Shown here: in pieces, positions 55,664 through 64,000 of the stretch | Layout: each line of letters begins with the position of its first letter | Position numbering within the stretch: the first letter of the stretch is position 1 | Source: Myxococcota bacterium | Lineage (GTDB): Bacteria > Myxococcota_A > UBA9160 > UBA6930 | Assembly (NCBI GenBank): GCA_965223705.1 | Contig: OZ245015.1 | Span: 608,001-672,000 of the forward strand | Direction of reading: 5' to 3' | DNA: 64,000 bases | Notes under the pieces: generated by a model | The model's database searches: none | What the model saw: the letters and a program-made list of their open reading frames with translations, nothing else | What the model was told of the DNA's origin: nothing | Program-made: the position numbers and the translations under genes

Positions 55664-57862
55664 TTGCCCGAAGACGATGTAGCGAACCACTCCGTTCTCG
55701 AGGGTCTGAACCCGGAACAGCGCCGCGCGGTCACGACGACCGAGGGGCCGCTGCTTGTCGTCGCGGGGGCGGGCAGTGGTAAGACCCGGGTTCTCACCCA
55801 CCGAATCGCGTACCTGGTGGGTGCGTGCGGGATCCCGCCCGAGCAGATTCTCGCGGTTACGTTTACGAACAAAGCCGCCAGGGAGATGCGGGAACGCGTC
55901 GCGAAACTGCTCGGTCCCGACGGCGAAGGCGCGTGGATCTCGACGTTTCACTCGACGGGCGTGCGGATCCTGCGACGAGAGATCGGTCAGCTGGGTCGCT
56001 CTCGCGGTTTTGTCATCTACGACGAGGCGGATTCCCTGGGTGTTCTGAAAGAAGCCCTCCGGCGCCACGGCCTGGATCCCAAAGGCCAGGAGGCCAAGCG
56101 CCTGCGTTGGCGGATCGACGAATGGAAGAACGCCGGGCTTTTGCCGAACCAAGCCGTCGAGACGGCGGAAGATCTCGAAGCACGGCAATCCGCGGAGATC
56201 TACGCGACCTACCAGCGGCTGCTCGCCGACGCGAACGCCCTCGATTTCGGCGACCTTCTCCTACTCAACGCCCAACTCTTCCGCGAACACCCGGAAGTGC
56301 TGCGGCACTACCAGCAGCGCTGGGCGTACATCCTGATCGACGAATACCAAGATACGAATCGCGTCCAGTACGAGTGGGTGAACGCTTTGGCGAGCGCCCA
56401 TCGAAATCTGTGCGTCGTCGGCGACCCGGATCAGAGCGTCTACGCTTGGCGCGGGGCGGATATTCGCAACATCCTCGATTTCGAGCGGGACTACCCGGAT
56501 GCCGAGACGGTGGTTCTCGACCGCAACTACCGATCGACCCAGCCGATCTTGTCCGGGGCGGGGGCGGTGGTCGCCAACAACACCGGCCGGCCGGAAAAAT
56601 CGATGCGCGCCGAGCGAGGTGCCGGCGACCCGATCCACTTCTATCACGCGGATGATGAGCGGGACGAAGCGGCCCATGTCGTCGGCGGCATCCTCGACCG
56701 TGCGCGTTCGGAGAGCCGCCCGCTCAGCCATTTCGCGATTTTCTACCGAACGAACGCGCAATCGAGGCCCCTCGAGGAAGAGCTCCTCAAGTACGACGTA
56801 CCCTACGTGGTGGTGGGGGGGATCCGCTTTTACGACCGCGCGGAGATCAAGGACGTACTCGGTTATCTGCGCCTCCTCGTAAACCCGGCGGACGATATGG
56901 CGCTCCGGCGCATCGTGAACAGTCCGCCGCGGGGGGTCGGTAAAACGACGCTCGAGCGCGCGGCTTCCGTCGCCGAGCGAGAGGGCTTGCCGCTTCTCGC
57001 CGGGCTCGAACGGTACGCGTCCGAAGCGCCTCGCGGTGGTGACAAGATCCGGGCCTTTCTCCGTCTGCTCGGCGAGCTGCGCGATGAGGTCGTAACCACC
57101 GGCCCGGCGGACGCGATTTCGATCGTGCTCGAGAGGAGCGGCTACCTGCGGCATCTGGAAGCCGCACAGACACCCGAGGCCGAAGCGCGCGTCGAAAACT
57201 TGCGCGAGCTCGTCGTGGGCGCCGAGGACTTCGAGGTCAGCAACGAGGACGAAGATATGGAGCGCTCTCCGCTCGAGCTGTTCCTCGATCAAGTCGCGCT
57301 GGTGACCGACCTCGACAGCGTCGACGACCGCACGGATCGCGTCTCCCTCATGACCGCGCACTCCGCCAAAGGGCTCGAGTTTCCGGTGGTGTATCTGGTC
57401 GGCATGGAAGAGGGCCTGTTTCCGCACGGGGCTTCTGCACGCGACGCCGAGGCCGTCGAAGAGGAACGGCGCCTCTGTTACGTCGGTATGACGCGCGCCA
57501 TGGAGCACCTGACGCTTTCCTGGGCCGCCCGGCGCAGGCGCTACGGCGGACTTGAATTCGCGACCCCGTCGCGCTTTCTCTCCGAGGTGCCGGGCAATCT
57601 CGTTTCGGGGCCCACGCCGGACGACGCGTTTCGCGGACCCGCCCGGCAATACGGGGGCGAGCGCAGCCTCGATTACGAGTACAGCCAGGCGGAGCCGGAG
57701 CTCGGTGAGCTCCAAGGCACGCGCGTCCGTCATCCGATTTTTGGCGCCGGCACGATCCTGCAATCGATCGGCGAAGGGCCGAAGCAGAAGCTCCGCATCC
57801 GCTTCGAGAAAGCGGGCGTCAAAACGGTGCTCGTTCGCTTCGCGAACTTGGAGTTCTACTAG
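55664..57862 (+). CDS. pcrA: UvrD/PcrA ATP-dependent DNA helicase
   Basis: AGAGSGKT, TFTNKAA, DEYQDTN, GDPDQS.Y.WRGA, HSAKGLEF, EERRL.YV; C-terminal RVRHP.FG.G. Confidence 0.95.
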   Translation: MPEDDVANHSVLEGLNPEQRRAVTTTEGPLLVVAGAGSGKTRVLTHRIAYLVGACGIPPEQILAVTFTNKAAREMRERVAKLLGPDGEGAWISTFHSTGVRILRREIGQLGRSRGFVIYDEADSLGVLKEALRRHGLDPKGQEAKRLRWRIDEWKNAGLLPNQAVETAEDLEARQSAEIYATYQRLLADANALDFGDLLLLNAQLFREHPEVLRHYQQRWAYILIDEYQDTNRVQYEWVNALASAHRNLCVVGDPDQSVYAWRGADIRNILDFERDYPDAETVVLDRNYRSTQPILSGAGAVVANNTGRPEKSMRAERGAGDPIHFYHADDERDEAAHVVGGILDRARSESRPLSHFAIFYRTNAQSRPLEEELLKYDVPYVVVGGIRFYDRAEIKDVLGYLRLLVNPADDMALRRIVNSPPRGVGKTTLERAASVAEREGLPLLAGLERYASEAPRGGDKIRAFLRLLGELRDEVVTTGPADAISIVLERSGYLRHLEAAQTPEAEARVENLRELVVGAEDFEVSNEDEDMERSPLELFLDQVALVTDLDSVDDRTDRVSLMTAHSAKGLEFPVVYLVGMEEGLFPHGASARDAEAVEEERRLCYVGMTRAMEHLTLSWAARRRRYGGLEFATPSRFLSEVPGNLVSGPTPDDAFRGPARQYGGERSLDYEYSQAEPELGELQGTRVRHPIFGAGTILQSIGEGPKQKLRIRFEKAGVKTVLVRFANLEFY

Positions 57863-57864
57863 GA

Positions 57865-58947
57865 CTAGCCGCGGCGATAGAGGCGTTCGAGCCGGCTGCG
57901 CTCTTCGTGACGCTCGAGGGCGAGCTCGATCAGCCGATCGAGGAGCGCCGGGTAGGGGAGGCCGCTCGCCTGCCAAAGACGGGGATACATCGAAACGTCG
58001 GTGAAGCCCGGAAGACTGTTCAGTTCATTGAGGAACAGTTCGCCGCTCTGCTTGTCGAGAAAGAAGTCGACGCGCGCGAGACCGGCGCCTTCGAGAAGCG
58101 CGAAGGCTCGTACGGCGAGCTCGCGCATCCGATTCGCCACGGATTCGGGGATGTCCGCCGGTACGACGAGCTGTGTCCCCTCGTCGACGTACTTCGATTC
58201 GTAATCGTAGAACTCGCCGGAGGGAACGATTTCTCCGGGGACCGACGCTTCGGGCTCGCGGTTGCCGAGGACGGCCACTTCGATCTCTCGCGCATCGACC
58301 GCCCGCTCGATCATCACTTTGTCGTCGAACCGCAGCGCATCGTCGAGCGCCGCGTCGAGGTCACCGGGGGTGTTGACTTTGTGGGTCCCGACGGAAGACC
58401 CCAGCGAAGCGGGTTTCACGAAGCAGGGAAAACCGAGCTCGGCGGCTCGCTTCCTCGCCCGCGCGCGCGCCGCCCCGTCTTCTCCAGCGCGCACGATAAA
58501 CCACGGGAGTACGGGGAGACCTTCTGCTCGAAGGAGCCGCTTCGCTAGGTCCTTGTCCATCTGCAAAGCGGATCCCAAGACGCCGGAACCCACGTAGGGG
58601 ATTCCTGCCAACTCGAGTGCGCCTTGGAGGGAGCCGTCTTCCCCGCCGGTCCCGTGCACGATCGGGAAGATCACGTCGAGTTGGGTTTCGACGCCCGATC
58701 CGTCGCGGCGTCGGACGCGTCCTTCGTCGGGCGCCAATCCGATCGAGACGCTCGGACCGTCGAGTGCCTGGCCCATCGGGGCGTGGCCGGGCGCCAAGTG
58801 CCAATCGCCGTCGGGATCGATTGCGAGGAGCCGGATCTCGTAGCGGGAGGGGTCGAGGGCAGCGGCGATCGAGGCCGCGGACTGCACCGACACCTCGTGC
58901 TCGACCGATCGACCCCCAAAGGCAATTCCGACTCGCAGTTTGGCCAC
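57865..58947 (-). CDS. ddl: D-alanine-D-alanine ligase
   Basis: FGGRSVEHEVS, HG.GGEDG, KP..LGSS.G, FYDYESKY, NELNSLPG. Confidence 0.96.
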   Translation of the reverse strand: MAKLRVGIAFGGRSVEHEVSVQSAASIAAALDPSRYEIRLLAIDPDGDWHLAPGHAPMGQALDGPSVSIGLAPDEGRVRRRDGSGVETQLDVIFPIVHGTGGEDGSLQGALELAGIPYVGSGVLGSALQMDKDLAKRLLRAEGLPVLPWFIVRAGEDGAARARARKRAAELGFPCFVKPASLGSSVGTHKVNTPGDLDAALDDALRFDDKVMIERAVDAREIEVAVLGNREPEASVPGEIVPSGEFYDYESKYVDEGTQLVVPADIPESVANRMRELAVRAFALLEGAGLARVDFFLDKQSGELFLNELNSLPGFTDVSMYPRLWQASGLPYPALLDRLIELALERHEERSRLERLYRRG

Positions 58948-58990
58948 GGATCTCCCCCTCGAGATCTTAATCGTCCGATCGAGGCTGCGC

Positions 58991-59019
58991 TTGACCCGGC
59001 AAAACCGGCTTCGTACAGT
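58991..59019 (+). promoter_or_regulatory. Sigma70 promoter of larE (leaderless type)
   Basis: TTGACC-17-TACAGT, 6 nt before GTG 59026. Confidence 0.75.
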
Positions 59020-59025
59020 CGGGAG

Positions 59026-59859
59026 GTGGCCGCCATCTCACCGGAATTGCAGCGAAAACAAGATCGGCTGCGGCGACTTCTGGCCGCGGAGAAGAGCTTG
59101 GTCGTAGCCTTCTCCGGGGGCGTCGACTCGAGCTACTTGGCCTACGAGGCGCACCGGGTTCTCGGAGACCGTGCGGTCGCCCTGACGGCCCTGTCGCCGT
59201 CTTACCCGGCGCACCATCGCGAAGCCGCCCTCGCCGTCGTCGAAGCCACCGGCCTGGCACATCGCTTCGTGACAACCCACGAAATGGAGCGCCCGGCGTA
59301 TCGACGCAACGCCGCGGACCGCTGCTACCACTGCAAGACCGAACTCTTCGACGTGCTCGAGAAGGAGCGCGCGGCGGCGGGCTTCGCCGCGGTGGCGTAC
59401 GGCATCAACGTCGATGACACCGGCGACTACCGCCCGGGGCACCGCGCGGCCGACGAGCACGCCGTCCGGGCGCCGCTACTCGACGCGGGCTTGTGCAAAG
59501 AAGAGGTGCGCACGCTCGCCCGCCGAGCGGAGCTACCGACCGCAGATCTACCGGCATCGGCGTGCCTCGCCTCGCGCCTTCCCTACGGGACCGCCGTTTC
59601 GCCCGAACGGTTGGCGGCGGTCGAACGCGCAGAAGAAGCCGTCCGCGGCCTGGGCTTCCGCCAGCTTCGGGTTCGGCACCACGGAGAGCTCGCCCGAATC
59701 GAGATTGCCCAGGACGAGCTGCCCCGCGCCCTCGACCCGGCGATGGCGCGCGAGCTCTCCTCCGCGCTGCGCGCGTTGGGCTTCCGATACGTCGCGCTCG
59801 ATCTCGAGGGCTACCGTCAGGGCTCTCTCAACGCTGTCCTCGTCGATCCGCCGCAGTAG
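59026..59859 (+). CDS. larE: ATP-dependent sulfur transferase LarE family (PP-loop)
   Basis: AFSGGVDS, RCYHCK, DD.GDYRPG, ACLASRLPYG, LRVRHH, DLEGYR.GSLN. Confidence 0.92.
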   Translation: MAAISPELQRKQDRLRRLLAAEKSLVVAFSGGVDSSYLAYEAHRVLGDRAVALTALSPSYPAHHREAALAVVEATGLAHRFVTTHEMERPAYRRNAADRCYHCKTELFDVLEKERAAAGFAAVAYGINVDDTGDYRPGHRAADEHAVRAPLLDAGLCKEEVRTLARRAELPTADLPASACLASRLPYGTAVSPERLAAVERAEEAVRGLGFRQLRVRHHGELARIEIAQDELPRALDPAMARELSSALRALGFRYVALDLEGYRQGSLNAVLVDPPQ

Positions 59860-59862
59860 TCG

Positions 59863-60570
59863 ATGACGCCCCTGGTTTGTCGGGGTGCGCCCCGAGACAT
59901 GGGGGACGACGAAGGAGCGGCGATCGACGTCGCGCTGCTCGAAATCCCGAAACGTGCGGCGCGTCGAGCACTTCGCGATCTGCGGCGCCACGTTCCGCAG
60001 CAGGCTGAACGATTGACGGCGTTGGCCGCCCGAATCCGCGTATCTCCCGCGACGTTGTTGGCAGAGCTTCCGACCCCGACCTTCTGCGTCGCGCCCGACG
60101 GCCGCCCGGGGTTCTCAGGTGCGCCCGGCTACCTACGGCGTTCGCTGCCGGACGCCGGGATCGAATCGGTCGAGTGGCAAGCCCGCCCCGGCGCGGCTCC
60201 TTCACTCGGGATCAACGCGGCCGGGCTCCGCGCCGTCGCGGACACCGCGGCTAGAAGTCCCTTCGACCCACGAAGTCACGCCCCCGCCGCTTTTCTACTC
60301 CCCGAAGTGCTGCAGCGTTTCGCCCACGCGCGCGTCGCGGCCGATTGGCTGACGAAACGCCCGACGTCCGGCCGTGTGCGTTTCTATTTGCGCGACGGAG
60401 TCCGCGATCACTGGATTTGCGTCTCGAAAAGCGGCGCGTCCTGTCGCATCGACGAGACGGCAGAACTTCCGCGTGAGCGCGCCGAGGCGACGGCGGCGGT
60501 GCTTCTCGGCGCGGACGGAATCGCGTGGGGAGGGCGCCGTTACTTCCCTTCGCACCAGTCGACGGCCTGA
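59863..60570 (+). CDS. Hypothetical protein, weak resemblance to peptidase C45/AAT Ntn-hydrolases
   Basis: G.PRDMG, GINAAGL and LL.EVLQ motifs; short and divergent. Confidence 0.5.
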   Translation: MTPLVCRGAPRDMGDDEGAAIDVALLEIPKRAARRALRDLRRHVPQQAERLTALAARIRVSPATLLAELPTPTFCVAPDGRPGFSGAPGYLRRSLPDAGIESVEWQARPGAAPSLGINAAGLRAVADTAARSPFDPRSHAPAAFLLPEVLQRFAHARVAADWLTKRPTSGRVRFYLRDGVRDHWICVSKSGASCRIDETAELPRERAEATAAVLLGADGIAWGGRRYFPSHQSTA

Positions 60571-61076
60571 ACCGCACGGTCGGTAATGCGAAAAAAATCG
60601 AGACGTTCCGGCTTTTCGAAACCGGCGCGAACGGCGTTGCGCAGCAGGGCGCCCCAGGGCTTCCAGAAGTCCTCGCGATCGAGCAGGACCACCGGTCGAT
60701 CGTGAAAGCCGAGTTTTCGAAACGACAGAATCTCCGCGAGTTCTTCGAGCGTGCCGTAGCCGCCGGGGAGCGCGACGAACGCGTCCGCCGGCGCGTCCAG
60801 ACCGGCCTTTCGCGAACGCATGTCGTCGACGATTCGGAGCTCGTGGAGGCCATCGTGCTGAACGTCGTGCTCTAGGAAGGCGCGCAAGATGACGCCTTCG
60901 ACCCGACCTCCGGCCTCGAGAGCCGCGTCCGCGGCGGCACCCATGAGCCCGCAGTTGCCGCCGCCGTAGATCAGCGTGTGACCACGCGATGCGATCTCCT
61001 TCCCGAGACTCGCCGCGAGTTCGCGAAACGGGGCGCCCGATTGCCGGCTCGAGCCGGCGTACACCGTGATCTTCAT
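60540..61076 (-). CDS. LOG family nucleotide phosphoribohydrolase
   Basis: VYAGS, IYGGG..GLMG, M..RK, ALPGGYGTLEE. Confidence 0.93.
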   Translation of the reverse strand: MKITVYAGSSRQSGAPFRELAASLGKEIASRGHTLIYGGGNCGLMGAAADAALEAGGRVEGVILRAFLEHDVQHDGLHELRIVDDMRSRKAGLDAPADAFVALPGGYGTLEELAEILSFRKLGFHDRPVVLLDREDFWKPWGALLRNAVRAGFEKPERLDFFRITDRAVQAVDWCEGK

Positions 61077-61111
61077 CGGCTACGCACGGTGAGCGGTGCG
61101 ATCTTCATCGA

Positions 61112-62533
61112 TTAGGAGCGGGGTCGACGCCTGCGCCGCCGGCGTCTTCGGGGGGTGTCTGAGCCGGCCTCGTTTTCCGCCGGCTGCGGCGGCGCTTCGG
61201 GTTCGTCTTCGACGTGGGTCGCCGGGCGATGTTCTCGTAGGTAGACCGCGCAAATCGCGGCGAGGTCGTTCAGGCCGTCCTCGGTTTTCATGAGGTCTCT
61301 CACGACGGGGACCATGGGATCGACCATGATCTTGCGTTCGGCCGCCGAGAGCTCGCGAATCTCCTGCTCGACCTTGACCGCCAGGCGCTGACGAACGAGG
61401 GCGCGCTCGTCGGCTTCCGTCGGGAGCGGCCGCTCTTGCGCCGTGATCTTGTTTACTTTCTGCAGGTGGCGGAAGTTTCCGATGTCGAGGCCCGATACGA
61501 GGGAGATCGCGACGCCCGCCTTGCCCGCCCGTCCGGTGCGCCCCGTTCGGTGGAGGTACACCTCCGGAGTTTCCGGAGCGGCGTAGCTCACGACGTGGCT
61601 CAAGTCGCTGATGTCGATACCGCGCGCCGCGACGTCGGTTGCGACGAGGATGCGCAGCTCGCCGGCCTTGATGCGCGCCATCGCGCGCTCGCGAGCCGAC
61701 TGCGTCAGATCGCCGCTGATTTGATCGGCGTCGAAGCCGTGTCGCTGCAAGAAAGCCGTGACAAACCGGACGTCGTCTTTCGTGTTGCAGAAGACGATCG
61801 CGCTGTCCGGATCCTCCGCTTCGAGAATCCGGCGGAGGTTTTGTTCTTTCTCTTGAGCCGTCGTCACGTAGAAGACGTGCTCGATCTCCGTCGGCGAGGT
61901 GTGCCCTTCGACCAGGGAGATGAAATCCGGCTCGTCGAGGAAAGCGCGGGAGAGGGCCAGCACTTTTTCGGGCATCGTCGCCGAGAACAGGCACGACTGG
62001 CGGCGCTCGGGGAGATAACTGCGGATCTCGCGCATGTCGGGCCAGAAACCCAGGGAGAGCATCTCGTCGGCCTCGTCGAAGACGACGTGCTTCACCTGAT
62101 CGAGTACGAGCCGGCCGGCCCCCAAATGGTCGAGGATGCGCCCGGGCGTGCCGACGACGACGTGAGCGCCTTCCCGGAGTCCGTCGATTTGGGGTCCGTA
62201 GCCGACCCCGCCATAGATCGCCAAACAGCGCGCGCCCCGCGGTTCGCCGAGAACGGCGAGCTCTTCTCGCACCTGGTTCGCCAGCTCGCGCGTCGGGAGA
62301 AGCACCAACGCCTGGGTGGCGGCCACGTCGGGGTCGATCGACTGGATCAAGGGGATGCCGAAGGCGCCGGTCTTCCCGCTGCCGGTACGCGCCTGCACGA
62401 TGAGATCGCCACCCCCGATCATGGTCGGGAGCACGCGCTCCTGCACGGGCATCGCTTCGGTCCACCCGAGCTTGGCAATGCCGGCGAGGGTTTCGGGGTG
62501 GAGATCGCAGAGGTCGGAAAAGGATTGGGGCAT
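61112..62533 (-). CDS. DEAD-box RNA helicase
   Basis: ARTGSGKT, PTRELA, TPGR, DEADEM, SAT, TDVAARGID, HRTGRTGR. Confidence 0.96.
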   Translation of the reverse strand: MPQSFSDLCDLHPETLAGIAKLGWTEAMPVQERVLPTMIGGGDLIVQARTGSGKTGAFGIPLIQSIDPDVAATQALVLLPTRELANQVREELAVLGEPRGARCLAIYGGVGYGPQIDGLREGAHVVVGTPGRILDHLGAGRLVLDQVKHVVFDEADEMLSLGFWPDMREIRSYLPERRQSCLFSATMPEKVLALSRAFLDEPDFISLVEGHTSPTEIEHVFYVTTAQEKEQNLRRILEAEDPDSAIVFCNTKDDVRFVTAFLQRHGFDADQISGDLTQSARERAMARIKAGELRILVATDVAARGIDISDLSHVVSYAAPETPEVYLHRTGRTGRAGKAGVAISLVSGLDIGNFRHLQKVNKITAQERPLPTEADERALVRQRLAVKVEQEIRELSAAERKIMVDPMVPVVRDLMKTEDGLNDLAAICAVYLREHRPATHVEDEPEAPPQPAENEAGSDTPRRRRRRRRRPRS

Positions 62534-62613
62534 CCGCTGCCCGGAAGCTATCCGTCGTTCGGAGGTGCCGCAACGCGCGCGTTCCCGTGCGCGCGCTCCG
62601 CTATGTTCGGACG

Positions 62614-62919
62614 ATGTCCCACATCACGCTTTCCGACGTGACACGTATGGCGCGGCTCGCGCGTCTCCGGCTCGCCGACGATGAGCGCGAGGCCCTCGTC
62701 AAAGACCTCGACGCGATTTTGACCTACGCGGAAAGCCTGTCGCCGCTCGCGACCGACGACGTCCCGCCTACGCACCACGTGCTCCCGCTCGATACACCGC
62801 TCCGCGAGGACAGGCCGGCCGCGGCTCTGGCCCCCGAGAAAGCGCTCTGCAACGCGCCGGCGCGCGAAGGCACGGCGTTTTCGGTTCCCAAGGTGCTCGA
62901 TGGCGAAGACGAGGGATAG
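62614..62919 (+). CDS. gatC: Asp/Glu-tRNA amidotransferase subunit C
   Basis: I...V...ARLARL, LRED, NAP....F.VPKV; precedes gatA. Confidence 0.93.
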   Translation: MSHITLSDVTRMARLARLRLADDEREALVKDLDAILTYAESLSPLATDDVPPTHHVLPLDTPLREDRPAAALAPEKALCNAPAREGTAFSVPKVLDGEDEG

Positions 62920-62920
62920 T

Positions 62921-64000
62921 TTGGGATTCCTTTCGGGCGGCATTGCCGAGCTCCGAAGTGCCCTGGATCGAGGCGACACGACGGCTCGGTCGCTCGTCAC
63001 AGACGCCCTCGCCCGGGCACGCGAGGTGGGCCACCTCGGAATTTTTACGGCGCTGCGCGAAGACGCGGCGCTCGCCGAGGCGGAGGAAGCGGACGAGCGG
63101 CTCCGAGACGGGCGACCGCTCTCACCACTCGACGGGGTTCCCTTTGCGGTGAAGGACAACATCGCGCAGGCGGGAGAAATTCTCGGCTGCGGTTCGCGAT
63201 TTCTCGAAAACTACCGGTCCCCGTTCGACGCCACGTGCATCGAACGATTGCGAGCCGGAGGCGCGATCGCGATCGGTACGACGAACATGGACGAGTTCGC
63301 GATGGGCTCATCCACGGAACACTCGATCCACGGCCCGACAAAGAACCCCTGGGACGCAGGACGTGCGCCGGGCGGCTCGTCCGGTGGCTCCGCCGCCTGC
63401 GTCGCGGCCGGCGTGGTCCCGTTCAGCTTGGGGAGCGACACCGGTGGCTCGATTCGTCAGCCGGCGTCGTTCTGCGGGGTGGTCGGGATGAAACCGACCT
63501 ACGGACGCGTATCGCGGTGGGGGCTCGTCGCGTTCGCTTCCTCACTCGACCAGATCGGGCCCTTCGCCCATTGCGCGGAAGATTGCGCCCTCGTCCTCGA
63601 TCAGATCGCCGGGCCCGACCCGCGCGATTCGACCTCGCTGCCCGAAGCGCCGCCGCGCTGTGCAGAAGCGATCGATGGCGGCGTCGAGGGACTGCGCATC
63701 GGGATACCGCGAGAATATTTCGAGGCGGAAGGAGCTTCTCGCGACGTGATCGCATCGGTCCGCGAGGCTTTAGGCCTTCTCGAAGACGAGGGTGCGACGC
63801 TGTGCGAGGTTTCACTTCCCCATACGCCGTACGCCATCGCAACGTACTATCTGGTCGCGACGGCGGAGGCGTCGAGCAACCTCGCTCGCTACGACGGCGC
63901 GCGCTACGGCCGGCGATCACAGCAGGCGAATACGTTGCTCGACATGTACGAGCTCTCCCGATCGGAAGGGTTCGGCGCCGAGGTGAAGCGGCGCATTCTC
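62921..64000 (+). CDS. gatA: Asp/Glu-tRNA amidotransferase subunit A (3' end outside window)
   Basis: Translated by hand from TTG 62921: GVPFAVKDN, TNMDEFAMGSS, PGGSSGGS, GSDTGGSIRQPA, SSNLARYDG. Confidence 0.95.
   Translation, partial: MGFLSGGIAELRSALDRGDTTARSLVTDALARAREVGHLGIFTALREDAALAEAEEADERLRDGRPLSPLDGVPFAVKDNIAQAGEILGCGSRFLENYRSPFDATCIERLRAGGAIAIGTTNMDEFAMGSSTEHSIHGPTKNPWDAGRAPGGSSGGSAACVAAGVVPFSLGSDTGGSIRQPASFCGVVGMKPTYGRVSRWGLVAFASSLDQIGPFAHCAEDCALVLDQIAGPDPRDSTSLPEAPPRCAEAIDGGVEGLRIGIPREYFEAEGASRDVIASVREALGLLEDEGATLCEVSLPHTPYAIATYYLVATAEASSNLARYDGARYGRRSQQANTLLDMYELSRSEGFGAEVKRRIL

Noticed and set aside
58624..59025. N-terminal extensions in the ORF track (larE; also lemA, rfbC, top6A, ECF sigma, hflX)
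   Set aside because: They overlap neighbouring genes or promoters; downstream starts have better RBS or -10 support.

Overview
A GC-rich, gene-dense bacterial chromosomal segment with about 63 CDS. I recognised no rRNA, tRNA, CRISPR array or mobile element. Lpp/OprI, OmpA and beta-barrel genes indicate a diderm. A Myxococcota/deltaproteobacteria-like lineage is inferred from archaeal-type topoisomerase VI, long-form HflX and sigma54 promoters. Housekeeping genes include glmU, glmS, pcrA/uvrD, ddl, folC, fabH, hflX, mutS2, murQ, gatCA and rmlA/rmlC. Less ordinary coding loci are: (1) a topoisomerase VI operon translationally coupled to rmlA-rmlC-SDR; (2) an astA cluster in which an ArgZ-type dihydrolase appears to replace AstB; (3) a YceI / pentaheme cytochrome / beta-barrel operon; (4) a Fur-box-preceded flavinylated-protein plus His-rich membrane protein pair; (5) an Lpp/OprI lipoprotein with two L,D-transpeptidases. 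The strongest non-coding signals are a candidate sigma54-driven ~84-nt sRNA with an anti-SD-like bulge, a candidate inverted-logic attenuator before an amino-acid dehydrogenase, one 21-bp operator placed identically before two convergent genes (one a sigma factor), ten apparently leaderless genes, and several genes that seem to need CTG/ATA starts. All calls come from reading motifs by eye; no database search or folding program was run.
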